Below are positions 44,718-53,809 of a DNA stretch of 64,000 bases, one piece after another. Made by a program: the position numbers and the translations under genes. The notes under the pieces are model-generated. The model was not told the DNA's origin. It saw only the letters and a program-made list of their open reading frames with translations, and ran no database searches. The first letter of the stretch is position 1, and every line of letters begins with the position of its first letter. This stretch comes from Nitrospirota bacterium (GTDB taxonomy: Bacteria; Nitrospirota; UBA9217), in NCBI GenBank assembly GCA_963741205.1, contig CAVUHW010000026.1, positions 64,001 through 128,000 on the forward strand, written 5' to 3'.

Positions 44718-46079
44718 ATGCCGAAACCAATCGTTGCCATTGTGGGCCGTCCGAATGTCGGGAAATCCACGCTCTTTAACCGGATCATCGGCAGAAACTT
44801 CGCCATTGTCGAGGATATGCCCGGTGTCACCCGCGACCGCAACTACGCCGAAGCAGCGTGGGAGGAAAAACATTTCCTTCTCGTCGACACCGGCGGCTTC
44901 GAGCCGGAGACCGAGGACCCCATGTACCTGAAGATGCGGGATCAGACCACGCTCGCCGTGGAGGAAGCGGACTTCATCATCTTCCTCATGGACGGCAAGC
45001 AGGGCCTTCTGCCGTCCGACATCGAGGTGTCGCATCGTCTTCGGGCTTCGGGGAAACCCGTGATCTACGCGGTAAACAAGGTTGATGGGGCCCGGCACGA
45101 AGAGCTCATTCCCGACTTCTACCGCCTCGGCATTGACACCTTTTTCCCCCTTTCGGCCCGCCATGGCGCCGGCTTTTCCGACCTCATGGACGAACTCTGG
45201 CGCATGCTTCCCGCGACCGCTACCGGTGGAGAGCAGGAGGAGAAGGTCAGTATTCCCCGTGTCGCGGTCCTCGGACGGCCGAATGTGGGGAAATCATCCT
45301 TCGTGAATTCTCTCATCGGCGAGGACCGCATGATCGTGAGTCCCACTGCTGGTACGACCAGGGACGCGGTGGACAGCGAATACCGGTACTATGGAAGAAA
45401 GTATATCCTCGTCGATACAGCCGGCATCCGAAGCCGCGGCAGAATCGGCCAGGGAGTTGAAAAATACAGCGTCATGAGGGCCATGAAGGGCCTCTCGCGC
45501 GCAGACGTGGCTCTTGTACTCATCGACGCCGCCGAAGGAGTCACCGAACAGGACGAGCGGATCGCGGGCCTGGTGAATGAGGCGGGGAAGGGTCTCATTC
45601 TCATCCTGAACAAATGGGATTTGGTCCCGGACAAGGAAGAAGCTTACAAAAGGTATATAGCGGATATTCAGCAGCGCCTCAAATTCGCCGACTATGCGCC
45701 GGTACTGACCATCTCCGCCGTGACGCGCCAACGCATAACCAAGGTCTTTGATGAAATAGATTCTGTCATCAAAGAGACCGAGAAGCGCGTGCCTACGGCG
45801 GAATTGAATCGCGTTTTCGAGAAGCTGACCGCGGCCCACGAGCCCCCTCTCTACCGCGGGAGACGGGTAAAATATTACTACCTTACGCAAGTCGGGATAA
45901 AACCTCCCACCTTCATCGCCTTCGTCAACTACCCCGATGGCGTGCATTTCTCCTACCTCCGTTATATCGAGAATAAGCTTAGGGAAGCTTTTGGATTTAG
46001 CGGCACGCCAGTGCGCTTATACACTAAGAGACGACGAGAGGAACGTTCAAGGGGAGAAAACAAGGGACACAAAAAATAA
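44718..46079 (+). CDS. der: Ribosome biogenesis GTPase Der
   Basis: Two GRPNVGKS P-loops, DTGG/DTAG, NKVD/NKWD and KH-like tail. Confidence 0.97.
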   Translation: MPKPIVAIVGRPNVGKSTLFNRIIGRNFAIVEDMPGVTRDRNYAEAAWEEKHFLLVDTGGFEPETEDPMYLKMRDQTTLAVEEADFIIFLMDGKQGLLPSDIEVSHRLRASGKPVIYAVNKVDGARHEELIPDFYRLGIDTFFPLSARHGAGFSDLMDELWRMLPATATGGEQEEKVSIPRVAVLGRPNVGKSSFVNSLIGEDRMIVSPTAGTTRDAVDSEYRYYGRKYILVDTAGIRSRGRIGQGVEKYSVMRAMKGLSRADVALVLIDAAEGVTEQDERIAGLVNEAGKGLILILNKWDLVPDKEEAYKRYIADIQQRLKFADYAPVLTISAVTRQRITKVFDEIDSVIKETEKRVPTAELNRVFEKLTAAHEPPLYRGRRVKYYYLTQVGIKPPTFIAFVNYPDGVHFSYLRYIENKLREAFGFSGTPVRLYTKRRREERSRGENKGHKK

Positions 46080-46080
46080 G

Positions 46081-46109
46081 TTGACGTTTTTTTTCACAAA
46101 TAGTATCAT
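46081..46109 (+). promoter_or_regulatory. Sigma70 promoter upstream of the RRM gene
   Basis: TTGACG-17 nt-TATCAT. Confidence 0.6.
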
Positions 46110-46151
46110 TGATATGTAAAAGAAATAAGAAGTGAGTTTTTGTTCATTCCC

Positions 46152-46192
46152 GGACTGCAAAAACTAGAAAGTAGTTTGCAGTCCTTTTTTTT
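46152..46192 (+). terminator. Intrinsic terminator hairpin (der terminator or RRM leader attenuator)
   Basis: GGACTGCAAA..CTA-GAAAG-TAG-TTTGCAGTCC-TTTTTTTT. Confidence 0.75.
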
Positions 46193-46253
46193 AGCTGAAG
46201 TGGGACGGATCGTCCATTTTTGAAAACAAACAGTCACCTTAACGGAGGAGAAC

Positions 46254-46607
46254 ATGTCAAAGAAGCTCTATGTAGGTAATCTATCTTATCAGATGACGGA
46301 AGACAGCCTCAGAGATGTCTTTGCCGCTATCGGAGAAGTTTTGTCCGCTAAAATCGTCACGGATGCCGCCACAGGCAGGTCAAGGGGGTTCGGGTTTGTC
46401 GAGATGGCGAATGACGATGATGCCGACAAGGCAATCGCAACGCTGAACGGCACTAACGTTTCGGACCGTGAAATTAATGTCAGTGAAGCAAGACCTCAGA
46501 AGGACCGGGGTTTCTCGGGCGGCAACAGGGGCGGTGGGGGGCAGCGCAGCGGCTTTGATCGTTCCGGAGGCGGCGGTAAAGGAAGGAAGCAGAATAATTG
46601 GAGATAA
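46254..46607 (+). CDS. RRM RNA-binding protein with Gly-rich tail
   Basis: RNP2 LYVGNL and RNP1 RGFGFVEM. Confidence 0.95.
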   Translation: MSKKLYVGNLSYQMTEDSLRDVFAAIGEVLSAKIVTDAATGRSRGFGFVEMANDDDADKAIATLNGTNVSDREINVSEARPQKDRGFSGGNRGGGGQRSGFDRSGGGGKGRKQNNWR

Positions 46608-46798
46608 GAGTTGATGATAGAAATATTGAAAAAGCCCTTCGCCTGCTCAAGCGTAAAATGCAGCATGACGGGCTGTTCCGCGAGCTGAAAAACAGGCGTT
46701 TTTACGAGAAACCCTCGCTGAAAAAGAAACGGAAGCGGAGAGAGGCACAAAAAAGGCGGCAGAAAAACCTGCGAATGAGCAGGCAAAACAGGTTCTAG
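46598..46798 (+). CDS. rpsU: 30S ribosomal protein S21
   Basis: IEKALRLLKRK...RFYEKPS; TTG start overlaps the RRM stop. Confidence 0.9.
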   Translation: MEIRVDDRNIEKALRLLKRKMQHDGLFRELKNRRFYEKPSLKKKRKRREAQKRRQKNLRMSRQNRF

Positions 46799-46917
46799 CA
46801 GTAGAAATTACGGCGTCAAATCACCCTCAGGAAAGCCCGAAGGCTCTTATCCAAAATGTACGCCTCGGGCGTGTCAGTACCCTCTGAACAACTGCTATCA
46901 TCTTTACGCGGTTCCTT

Positions 46918-47403
46918 TTAATTTACCGATAAATCGACCGTTCCAGTCGCCGTACCTGAATATACTACGATCGTGTCTTTAAATGAGTTCGGTACGCCGC
47001 CGACGGTGCCGAAAACCGTGACTGAAAAATTGTAGACGCCGCGGTCATCGGTTTGGGCCGTAAAACCCGAATCAACCTTGACATTATTAAGGTTATTTTC
47101 ACCGCCTGGATTAAGATAAAATTGGTAGCGAACCGTCGTATTCGTTGCATTGCGCGGCTCCGCAAAACCACCCGTGATCCTAATCGGGGCTTTTGGTATT
47201 GGCGTGCCATCTGCATACCGTACGACGACGGAAAAATCCAGGCTCGTATTGTCGGCAATGGTCAAGGCCTGCGTCGGACCATTTATGGTGATTGTTGCTC
47301 CGTCAGGAGCGCCGTTGTTTTTACCGCAGTCCTCAAGAAGAATGACCGGCAATAGGAGGACCAAAAAAAATACTAGAGAGACGAGTTTTGAATTCTGTCT
47401 CAT
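46918..47403 (-). CDS. Hypothetical lipoprotein, Ig-like beta-rich
   Basis: MRQNSK + hydrophobic stretch + C; TDDRGVYNF; GAGG RBS. Confidence 0.6.
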   Translation of the reverse strand: MRQNSKLVSLVFFLVLLLPVILLEDCGKNNGAPDGATITINGPTQALTIADNTSLDFSVVVRYADGTPIPKAPIRITGGFAEPRNATNTTVRYQFYLNPGGENNLNNVKVDSGFTAQTDDRGVYNFSVTVFGTVGGVPNSFKDTIVVYSGTATGTVDLSVN

Positions 47404-47601
47404 TTTATGAACCTCGCTTTTTGTGTAATTGAAACGTAAGCACCATAATAATATTTTACCGCAACCGACTGATTTATTGAACTTACCTAGTTGTCTAAAT
47501 AAAGGGCGATAGCTATTGAAACTTCCCAACTATGTAACAAACTGCTCAACCATGTCCATGACCTGTGTTTAAATCTTTGCACTATGAAAATCGTCCTGAT
47601 T

Positions 47602-49943
47602 CTATATTACTTCCTGTTTCACGACCCGCGGCGTTATGAAAATCAGCAGTTCGCCTTTATTTTCGCTGGTGGTCTTGGTTTTAAAGAGCCAGCCGATGAG
47701 GGGAATGTCGCCAAAGAACGGGACCTTGGTGTATGCAACAGTCCGATCGGTAGTAAGGATGCCGCCGATGACGGCGGTCTCTCCATCGGCCAGAAGGATC
47801 TCGGTCGTTGCTTCATTTTTCCTTATGGAAGGCTGGCCTGATGCTCCCAGGATCGAGGTATCCGGCGCGTTTTTCGTGGCCTGGATCTTCATAAAGATCT
47901 TTTTATCCGGCGTAGCATGAGGCGTGACCGTGAGCGCCAGTTTGGCATCGATAAATTGTATCTGCGTACCGCCTGCGGACGTGGTGGAGAACGGGATGGA
48001 GACCCCTTGCTCTATCTTGGCTTCTTTATTGTCGAGTGCGCTGACGCGCGGCGATGAGATGATCTTGCCTTCGCCCGTGGACTCCAGGGCTGAAAGGACG
48101 AGGTCCAGATTGAGTGCTTTGCTGATGGAGCCGAAGGTGAAGCCCACCGCTCCGCCGCCGGTTCCCGCGCCTGCAGCCGCGGGCATATTTACAAGAAAGT
48201 TGCCGTTTCCCGAGGGGGTCGCTCCCATGCTGGTCCCGCCGGTCACCCCTACCGAATTCGGGAAAGTCGACGCCCGTCGGGTTGCCGTGAGCAGCGTCGG
48301 CTTTAAAGTTTCCGCCCCACTGTACGCCGAGCTGACGGCTGAAAGTCAATGAAGCTTCGACAATCCTCGCTTCGATCATGATCTGGGGGATTGGCTTGTC
48401 AAGAAGCTTGATGAGGGCCACCACCTCATCGACGTTCCGAGAAATATCCTTGATAATGAGGGTATTGGTCCTTGTGTCCGTCACCGTTTCACCGCGGGCA
48501 GAGAGCGACTTTTTGATCGTACCCTCTATTGCCGAAGCCGTTGCATAGTTTATCGGAACGATGCGCGTGATCAGGTCTTCAGCCTTTTTCTTCGCCTCCT
48601 TTGATCTCAGAGTCTTCCTCGGCTTCCTTCGTCAGAGCAGCCACCGAGGCGATGCGCAGGATATTGTCTTCCAACGCGTAACCGAGACCGTTCATTTTAA
48701 GGATGATATCCATTGCCTGGTCCCAGGGGATATTGACCATTCGCACGGTCACTTTCCCACGCACATCAGGTGCGAGAATGACATTCAGATTTGCAACCTC
48801 GGCAAAAAGCCGCATGACGTTCACCAGGTCTGCGTCCTGGAGGTCGAGCGAAATTTTCCGCCCCGCGAAACTGCCGGCCCCTGTCATCAGAGCTGTCTCT
48901 GCGCCTGCCGCTTCTGATTTAGGGGCCTCGGCCTGTTGCTGACTCGTGGCCGGAACTGCTGCGGCTTCCTCTTGCCAGGCGTGAGGCGCGATCAATTCCT
49001 TTTCCGCGGGCGCGACCTTCTCCGCTTCCTGGCGCGGCGGCCCTCTCCTGAGGCTGCGGTTCCTGAGACTTGGCGGGAGAAGACACGTTCATCGCTATAA
49101 GCACGGTATTTTCTTCTGGCGTAACCGTGTACTGCATCGGCTTGGTCAGGTCCATCACAACGCGAACCTTCTGATCCGGTGCGGCGTGCTGCCCGACGCG
49201 GACTTTGTCGAGCCCGCCTTTCCTGACGGGGATAACGCTCGGTCTTACGCGACTTTTCACTCCCGGGATATCGACAACGAGCTTGTTGCCGGAAACCATG
49301 AAGGCTTTCGGTGACATGGCCCCGTCAGCGGTAGATGACCACCTTCACCCCCTCCTTGCCGGCAGAGGCACGGACCGATGTCACAACCGTTGCTGCCGCT
49401 TTCTCCGGCTGCTCGACTTCTTTTTTTCCCGCGACCGGTGGGGCGGCCTGTTCCTGGAGGGGGCGGCGGAGCCGTTTCCGTCGCAGCCGTCGCTATTTCC
49501 GGCGTTGCCTTCGCCTCTTCAATGGGTTTGCTGAATTCAACGACTAGCTTTCCGTCCAATTGATACACTTTCGATTCCACGGCCTGCGTAAGGCCAATCT
49601 CCAGCCGTGCGATATTGTCTTTCTGGCTGGGTACGATGTCGGCGACGACGCCTTGGTTGACGGCCAAGCGGTCCCGCAACGTGCCGATATCGGCGTCAGC
49701 GATATCAACGACCAGCCTCAGGGGCTCGGTCAACTGGAATGACGTATATTGCAGAATGGGGCGGACCCTTCGATGGTTATTTCCGTTTTCCCATCAATTT
49801 CACGGGGCTCGATTTTACTGAGGACAACTTGCATGCCCTGTTTTGCGGTCTCCGGCGCCTTCGTCGCGCATCCCTGGAGCACTAATTACGAGAGAGATGA
49901 GGATTATCAACCAAGTGACCTTCGGCGGTTGAGTAGGTTTCAT
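47602..49943 (-). CDS. pilQ: Type IV pilus secretin with AMIN domains, many frameshifts
   Basis: ATG overlaps the pilP stop; PLRLVVDI, VRVGQH, ISLDLQDA, IPWDQAM, DTRTNTLII, QIMIEARIVE and GETAVIGG...ELLIFITP in successive ORFs. Confidence 0.88.
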
Positions 49944-50494
49944 TGCATCTCCTCCTGTTTTTTCCGGAGTTCGATAACGATTTCCTTGTGCTCCGTTTCC
50001 CCCGAAAAGTTTTTGAATTTTTCTTCTACGACCATCCTGTTCTGCATGATCTTTTTTACGACTCCCTTATTCAGCCCGATGACGGTGCCGACTCGAATGA
50101 AATAACCCTTGCCGTCGGGGCCTTCCACCATCGCGTTATAGCCGAAGCCTCCCCATACGACCGCAGTCAGCTTGAAGTCGCTGAGGTTGAATCGTTCGAG
50201 CGGCGGACGATCCCCCATTTTCGCCTGTTTTTCTTCCCTCACAATGATCGAGGAGAAGGGGTCCCGTCTTCCCTGCGGATTGTAGGAATAGGCCGCCTGC
50301 GCCTTTTCCTCGCCAGCTGTCGGAGTCACCTGGCTTATAGGTTTCTGCACCGGTTTCGCGGCAATTGGCTTAGGGACCGTTGTCGGCGCCTGGCTCGGGC
50401 CGGAGCATCCCCACGCCGCCATGCCGAGCAGCAGCGAAAACATTACGAGAAGAACGGACTTATTGCGTTTTTTTCCCGGATTTTGGAGCTTCAC
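49940..50494 (-). CDS. pilP: Type IV pilus assembly lipoprotein PilP
   Basis: WGC lipobox, YNPQGRRDPF, PLERF and DGKGY. Confidence 0.88.
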   Translation of the reverse strand: MKLQNPGKKRNKSVLLVMFSLLLGMAAWGCSGPSQAPTTVPKPIAAKPVQKPISQVTPTAGEEKAQAAYSYNPQGRRDPFSSIIVREEKQAKMGDRPPLERFNLSDFKLTAVVWGGFGYNAMVEGPDGKGYFIRVGTVIGLNKGVVKKIMQNRMVVEEKFKNFSGETEHKEIVIELRKKQEEMQ

Positions 50495-51075
50495 CTTTTT
50501 TCTCCACCGCCGCGAAGGTCATCGCCGTGCAATTGATGTCTATATCAACGTTCCCGCTTTTCGCAACTTTCGCTCCGCCCATTTTTATATTGAGGATGTT
50601 GACGATTCGGGGCAAGGTGCTTATGCGGTCAAAAAACAGGGCCGTATTATGGTATCCCCCGACCAGCGATATTGCGATGGGGATTTCCTCATACAGTCCG
50701 CTTGCGTGAGTTCTTCGTTTTTCGGGCCTCCAGAGTTTGAGAACGAGGCCGGACTGATTTACCAGATTCTGGATCTGCCTGAGAAGACTCGATACTTCCG
50801 ATTCCGGCGGGAGCTGTTCCGTAAGCTCGACGAGTCTGCTTCTGCAGGGTTTTGACTTCGATCTTCAATTCATCGAGGTTCCTGATCTTGTTGTCGTTCT
50901 CCGAAATTTTCGCCTGCAGGCCGGAAAGCGACTGTTCCAACTGCTTGATCTGCGTATTCATGGGGATCTGGAATTGAAGAATATATGCGACCAAGAGCAG
51001 GACGATGAGGGATATGAATACGATCAGTCGCGTCTTCGGAGATATTTTCTGTATTTTATCTAAGAGCGGAGCCAT
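50460..51075 (-). CDS. pilO: Type IV pilus assembly protein PilO; frameshift near 50835
   Basis: TM + coiled coil in 50689..51075; C-terminal YEEIPI...GGYH...PRIVNI in the shifted frame, ending TAA at 50460. Confidence 0.82.
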
Positions 51076-51077
51076 CG

Positions 51078-51623
51078 TTAACCCTTATAAACGAACTGAA
51101 GCTTGTATTTGTACACGTCGATCCCTTCACGCTTAGCCTGGATCGTTTCCAGTAACATTACATCTGACAATAAACGGGACGACTTCAGATTATCGACAAA
51201 ACGGACAACATCGTCGTTCGTAAAGGCTTCGCCTTCGATGTTGATATTGTTGTTGCTCTCGCTAAGTGACGCTACATTCACGCCGAGAGGCAGCGCCTTG
51301 CTGATCTCGTCAAGAAGCCGGACGGGTCCGGCTTGATTTTTCTTGAGTTGCTGGATGACCCCGATCTTTTCGGTGAACTTCTTTCGTTCCTCCTCGACGT
51401 CCTTCACTTCCTTCAGGACATTTTCCTGCTCCCGCACGTGCGCCTCTGCGGCGGTCTTTCCCTTTTCAAGGGCGGCGATCATATTTGCCTGCCGGCTCCA
51501 AAAATACCACATCCCCATCACCACGAGGATTATGACCAGAACGCCGAGGAGCAACTGCTGCTGCAGATCGATGACCTTCTTGGGAGGCTTTTTCTTGGTA
51601 GGCAGAAGATTTATTTTTATCAT
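51078..51623 (-). CDS. pilN: Type IV pilus assembly protein PilN
   Basis: MIKINLLP motif, TM and coiled coil. Confidence 0.9.
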   Translation of the reverse strand: MIKINLLPTKKKPPKKVIDLQQQLLLGVLVIILVVMGMWYFWSRQANMIAALEKGKTAAEAHVREQENVLKEVKDVEEERKKFTEKIGVIQQLKKNQAGPVRLLDEISKALPLGVNVASLSESNNNINIEGEAFTNDDVVRFVDNLKSSRLLSDVMLLETIQAKREGIDVYKYKLQFVYKG

Positions 51624-52672
51624 CGATCCCCCGGCCTCCTGATCGCAAGCCCCACGGCGACGGCGCACAGCGGGGCGGATTCTGCGATGAGCGCGGCGTC
51701 AAACCGCTTCGGATCCACCTTGATATTCTTGAACGGGTTGCTTACTTCCACGGGGATCTCAAGCCGTTCAGACAGGGTCGTGGTAAAGTTGCCGATCCTG
51801 GCGCAACCGCCGGATACCAGAACGCGCGATGCCCGCTCGCTCCCGGTAGTGGAACGGAAAAACTCAAACGACCGCTGTGTCTCGGACACGATATCGTCCG
51901 TTACGGACAGCATCACGCCGGCAATCTGTTCCTTATCTGCACCCTCGATGTCTTCGCCCCTCTTCACCTTTTCGGCGTCTTCATACGTCAGGCCGAAATC
52001 CCTTTGAAGCGCCTCCGTGTAACGGTTGCCGCCGACCGTAATGTCACGCGTGAAAATCGACATCCCGTCTTTCAGGATATTGATGTTCATGACCGATGCG
52101 CCGATGTTCAGAAGCGCCGTTGTCCCCGATTCGATGTTGTAGTTGAGCTCGTACATGTTTGCGAGGGCAAAGGCGTCGACGTCCATAACCACGGGTTCGA
52201 GCCCCGCTTCCTTCACCAGATTTACATAGTCGTTAATTTTATCTTTCTTGACCGCGACGAGCAGCACGTCGGCCTGTCCCTCTGTTACGCCAGGTCCAAG
52301 CTTCTGAAAATCGACGTTTACGTCGTCGATCGAAAAGGGTATATACTGCTCAGCCTCCCACTTAATGGATTCGGCGAGTTCCTCATCGCTCATATCGGCC
52401 ACAGAGACGCGCTTGATGATGACAGAGCTGCCGGATACTGAAATGACGACATTCTTGGTCGTCACTTTCTGCGCCGCAAGCAGTTCCTTGATTGTCTCCA
52501 CCACCCGGCCGGCATCCATGACCGCGCCCTCCACGATGACTTCGGGCGGCAGCGGGACCATACCGAATTTAACGAGCTGGTAGTTATTGTTTGAGCCCTT
52601 CAGCTGTACAAGCTTGATGAAGGTGGACCCGATGTCCAGCGCAATGGGCTCTATTTTTTTAGAAAAAAGCAT
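51620..52672 (-). CDS. pilM: Type IV pilus assembly protein PilM
   Basis: LDIGS actin-like fold, WEAEQYIPF, DVDAFAL and VAVGLA. Confidence 0.95.
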   Translation of the reverse strand: MLFSKKIEPIALDIGSTFIKLVQLKGSNNNYQLVKFGMVPLPPEVIVEGAVMDAGRVVETIKELLAAQKVTTKNVVISVSGSSVIIKRVSVADMSDEELAESIKWEAEQYIPFSIDDVNVDFQKLGPGVTEGQADVLLVAVKKDKINDYVNLVKEAGLEPVVMDVDAFALANMYELNYNIESGTTALLNIGASVMNINILKDGMSIFTRDITVGGNRYTEALQRDFGLTYEDAEKVKRGEDIEGADKEQIAGVMLSVTDDIVSETQRSFEFFRSTTGSERASRVLVSGGCARIGNFTTTLSERLEIPVEVSNPFKNIKVDPKRFDAALIAESAPLCAVAVGLAIRRPGDR

Positions 52673-52702
52673 TGTCGCTCCGTAAACAGATAGTGCGCCG
52701 GA

Positions 52703-52903
52703 TCAGCCGGCGTTCTTGCTCTTGATGATCTTTTCAATGTTCTTAATGCTGCTCTCCGTGTAGACCCTCCAGCCGCGCCAGTCACGCTCTACCCCGCTCA
52801 GCAATCCCTCGCTCTCCCACCGAAACAGCGTTGCCCGGGAAATATCGAATCTGCGGCAAAGATCGATAGTCTTATATTTCTTTGCGGTTTTGCGTTTAAC
52901 CAT
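52703..52903 (-). CDS. Small MerR-type HTH protein heading the pil operon
   Basis: ISRATLFRWESEGLL..ERDWRGWRVY; GAGG RBS. Confidence 0.8.
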   Translation of the reverse strand: MVKRKTAKKYKTIDLCRRFDISRATLFRWESEGLLSGVERDWRGWRVYTESSIKNIEKIIKSKNAG

Positions 52904-52931
52904 GGCATCCTCACTGGATAGTTTACTCATA

Positions 52932-52983
52932 ATAGTTATAGTAACTATAGTTAGGATGATAGAGGAAAAAAACTAGTTGTCAA
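52932..52983 (-). promoter_or_regulatory. Promoter and downstream palindromic operator of the HTH-pilMNOPQ operon
   Basis: Minus strand TTGACA-16 nt-TATCAT; ATAGTTA-N3-TAACTAT at 52932-48. Confidence 0.55.
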
Positions 52984-53068
52984 GTTTTTTTTAGAAAAAA
53001 AAAGAGGGACTACGAGATATTGTAGCGTTGAAGAAAGAATACACTACCAGTTGGACGGAGGATGTGAT

Positions 53069-53686
53069 TCAGGTCACGTAGAACAAAACAGTGATGTAAT
53101 GACATGCGCTGCCGGCGAGAACAAAGAGATGGAATATCCCGTGGCCGTAGGAAATTCTTTTGTCCAACGCGTAGAACAGCACGCCGACCGTGTAGAACAA
53201 TCCGCCGGTAATCATCCAAGCCAGACCTGCGGCCGGGAAGACCCGCGCCAAAGGGCGAATGACGACAAGCGCGAGCCAGCCCATGAGAAGATAGACCACG
53301 AGCGGGATGACACGCCTTCTCCCGGTAATGATGACGTCCTGGACAATTCCGAAGAGCGCCAGCCCCCAGATGACGCTGAAGAGGGACCATCCCCAGACGC
53401 CGCGCAGCGTGACAAGCGTGAGGGGAGTATACGTGCCGGCGATAAGCAGGTAAATAGCGGCGTGGTCAAGTTTTTGGAAAATGGCCTTTGCTTTGCCGCG
53501 GATACTATGATAGAGCGCGGAAAAAAGATACAGCACAACCAGCGAGACACCATAGACGGTGAAACTGACAATCTTCCAAGGATCGCCTATCCGCGCGGCA
53601 TGCACCACAAGCACGACAAGACCCGCGAGCGCGAGACTCGCCCCGATCAAATGAGTGATGCTGTTTAATCGTTCATCTTCTTCCAT
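53069..53686 (-). CDS. Hemolysin III / PAQR family membrane protein
   Basis: NSITH, SALYH, LDHAAIYLLIAGTYTP and HGIFHLFV. Confidence 0.92.
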   Translation of the reverse strand: MEEDERLNSITHLIGASLALAGLVVLVVHAARIGDPWKIVSFTVYGVSLVVLYLFSALYHSIRGKAKAIFQKLDHAAIYLLIAGTYTPLTLVTLRGVWGWSLFSVIWGLALFGIVQDVIITGRRRVIPLVVYLLMGWLALVVIRPLARVFPAAGLAWMITGGLFYTVGVLFYALDKRISYGHGIFHLFVLAGSACHYITVLFYVT

Positions 53687-53698
53687 AATTATTTTAAT

Positions 53699-53736
53699 AA
53701 TTTAACATTCCTGAATGTTCGGGTCAACAAACATTC
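53699..53736 (-). promoter_or_regulatory. Promoter with palindromic operator in the spacer
   Basis: Minus strand TTGACC-17 nt-TAAATT; AACATTC-CT-GAATGTT at 53704-19 plus a third half-site at 53730-36. Confidence 0.55.
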
Positions 53737-53756
53737 TTAATCTGCGTGCCCACTAA

Positions 53757-53787
53757 CTAAAAAAGGAGAGGCTAAATAGCCTCTCCT
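53757..53787 (-). terminator. Intrinsic terminator after cooS
   Basis: AGGAGAGGCTA-N2-TAGCCTCTCCT with a U-tract on the minus strand. Confidence 0.8.
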
Positions 53788-53809
53788 CAAGAATGTGCGG
53801 ATTTTCCCC

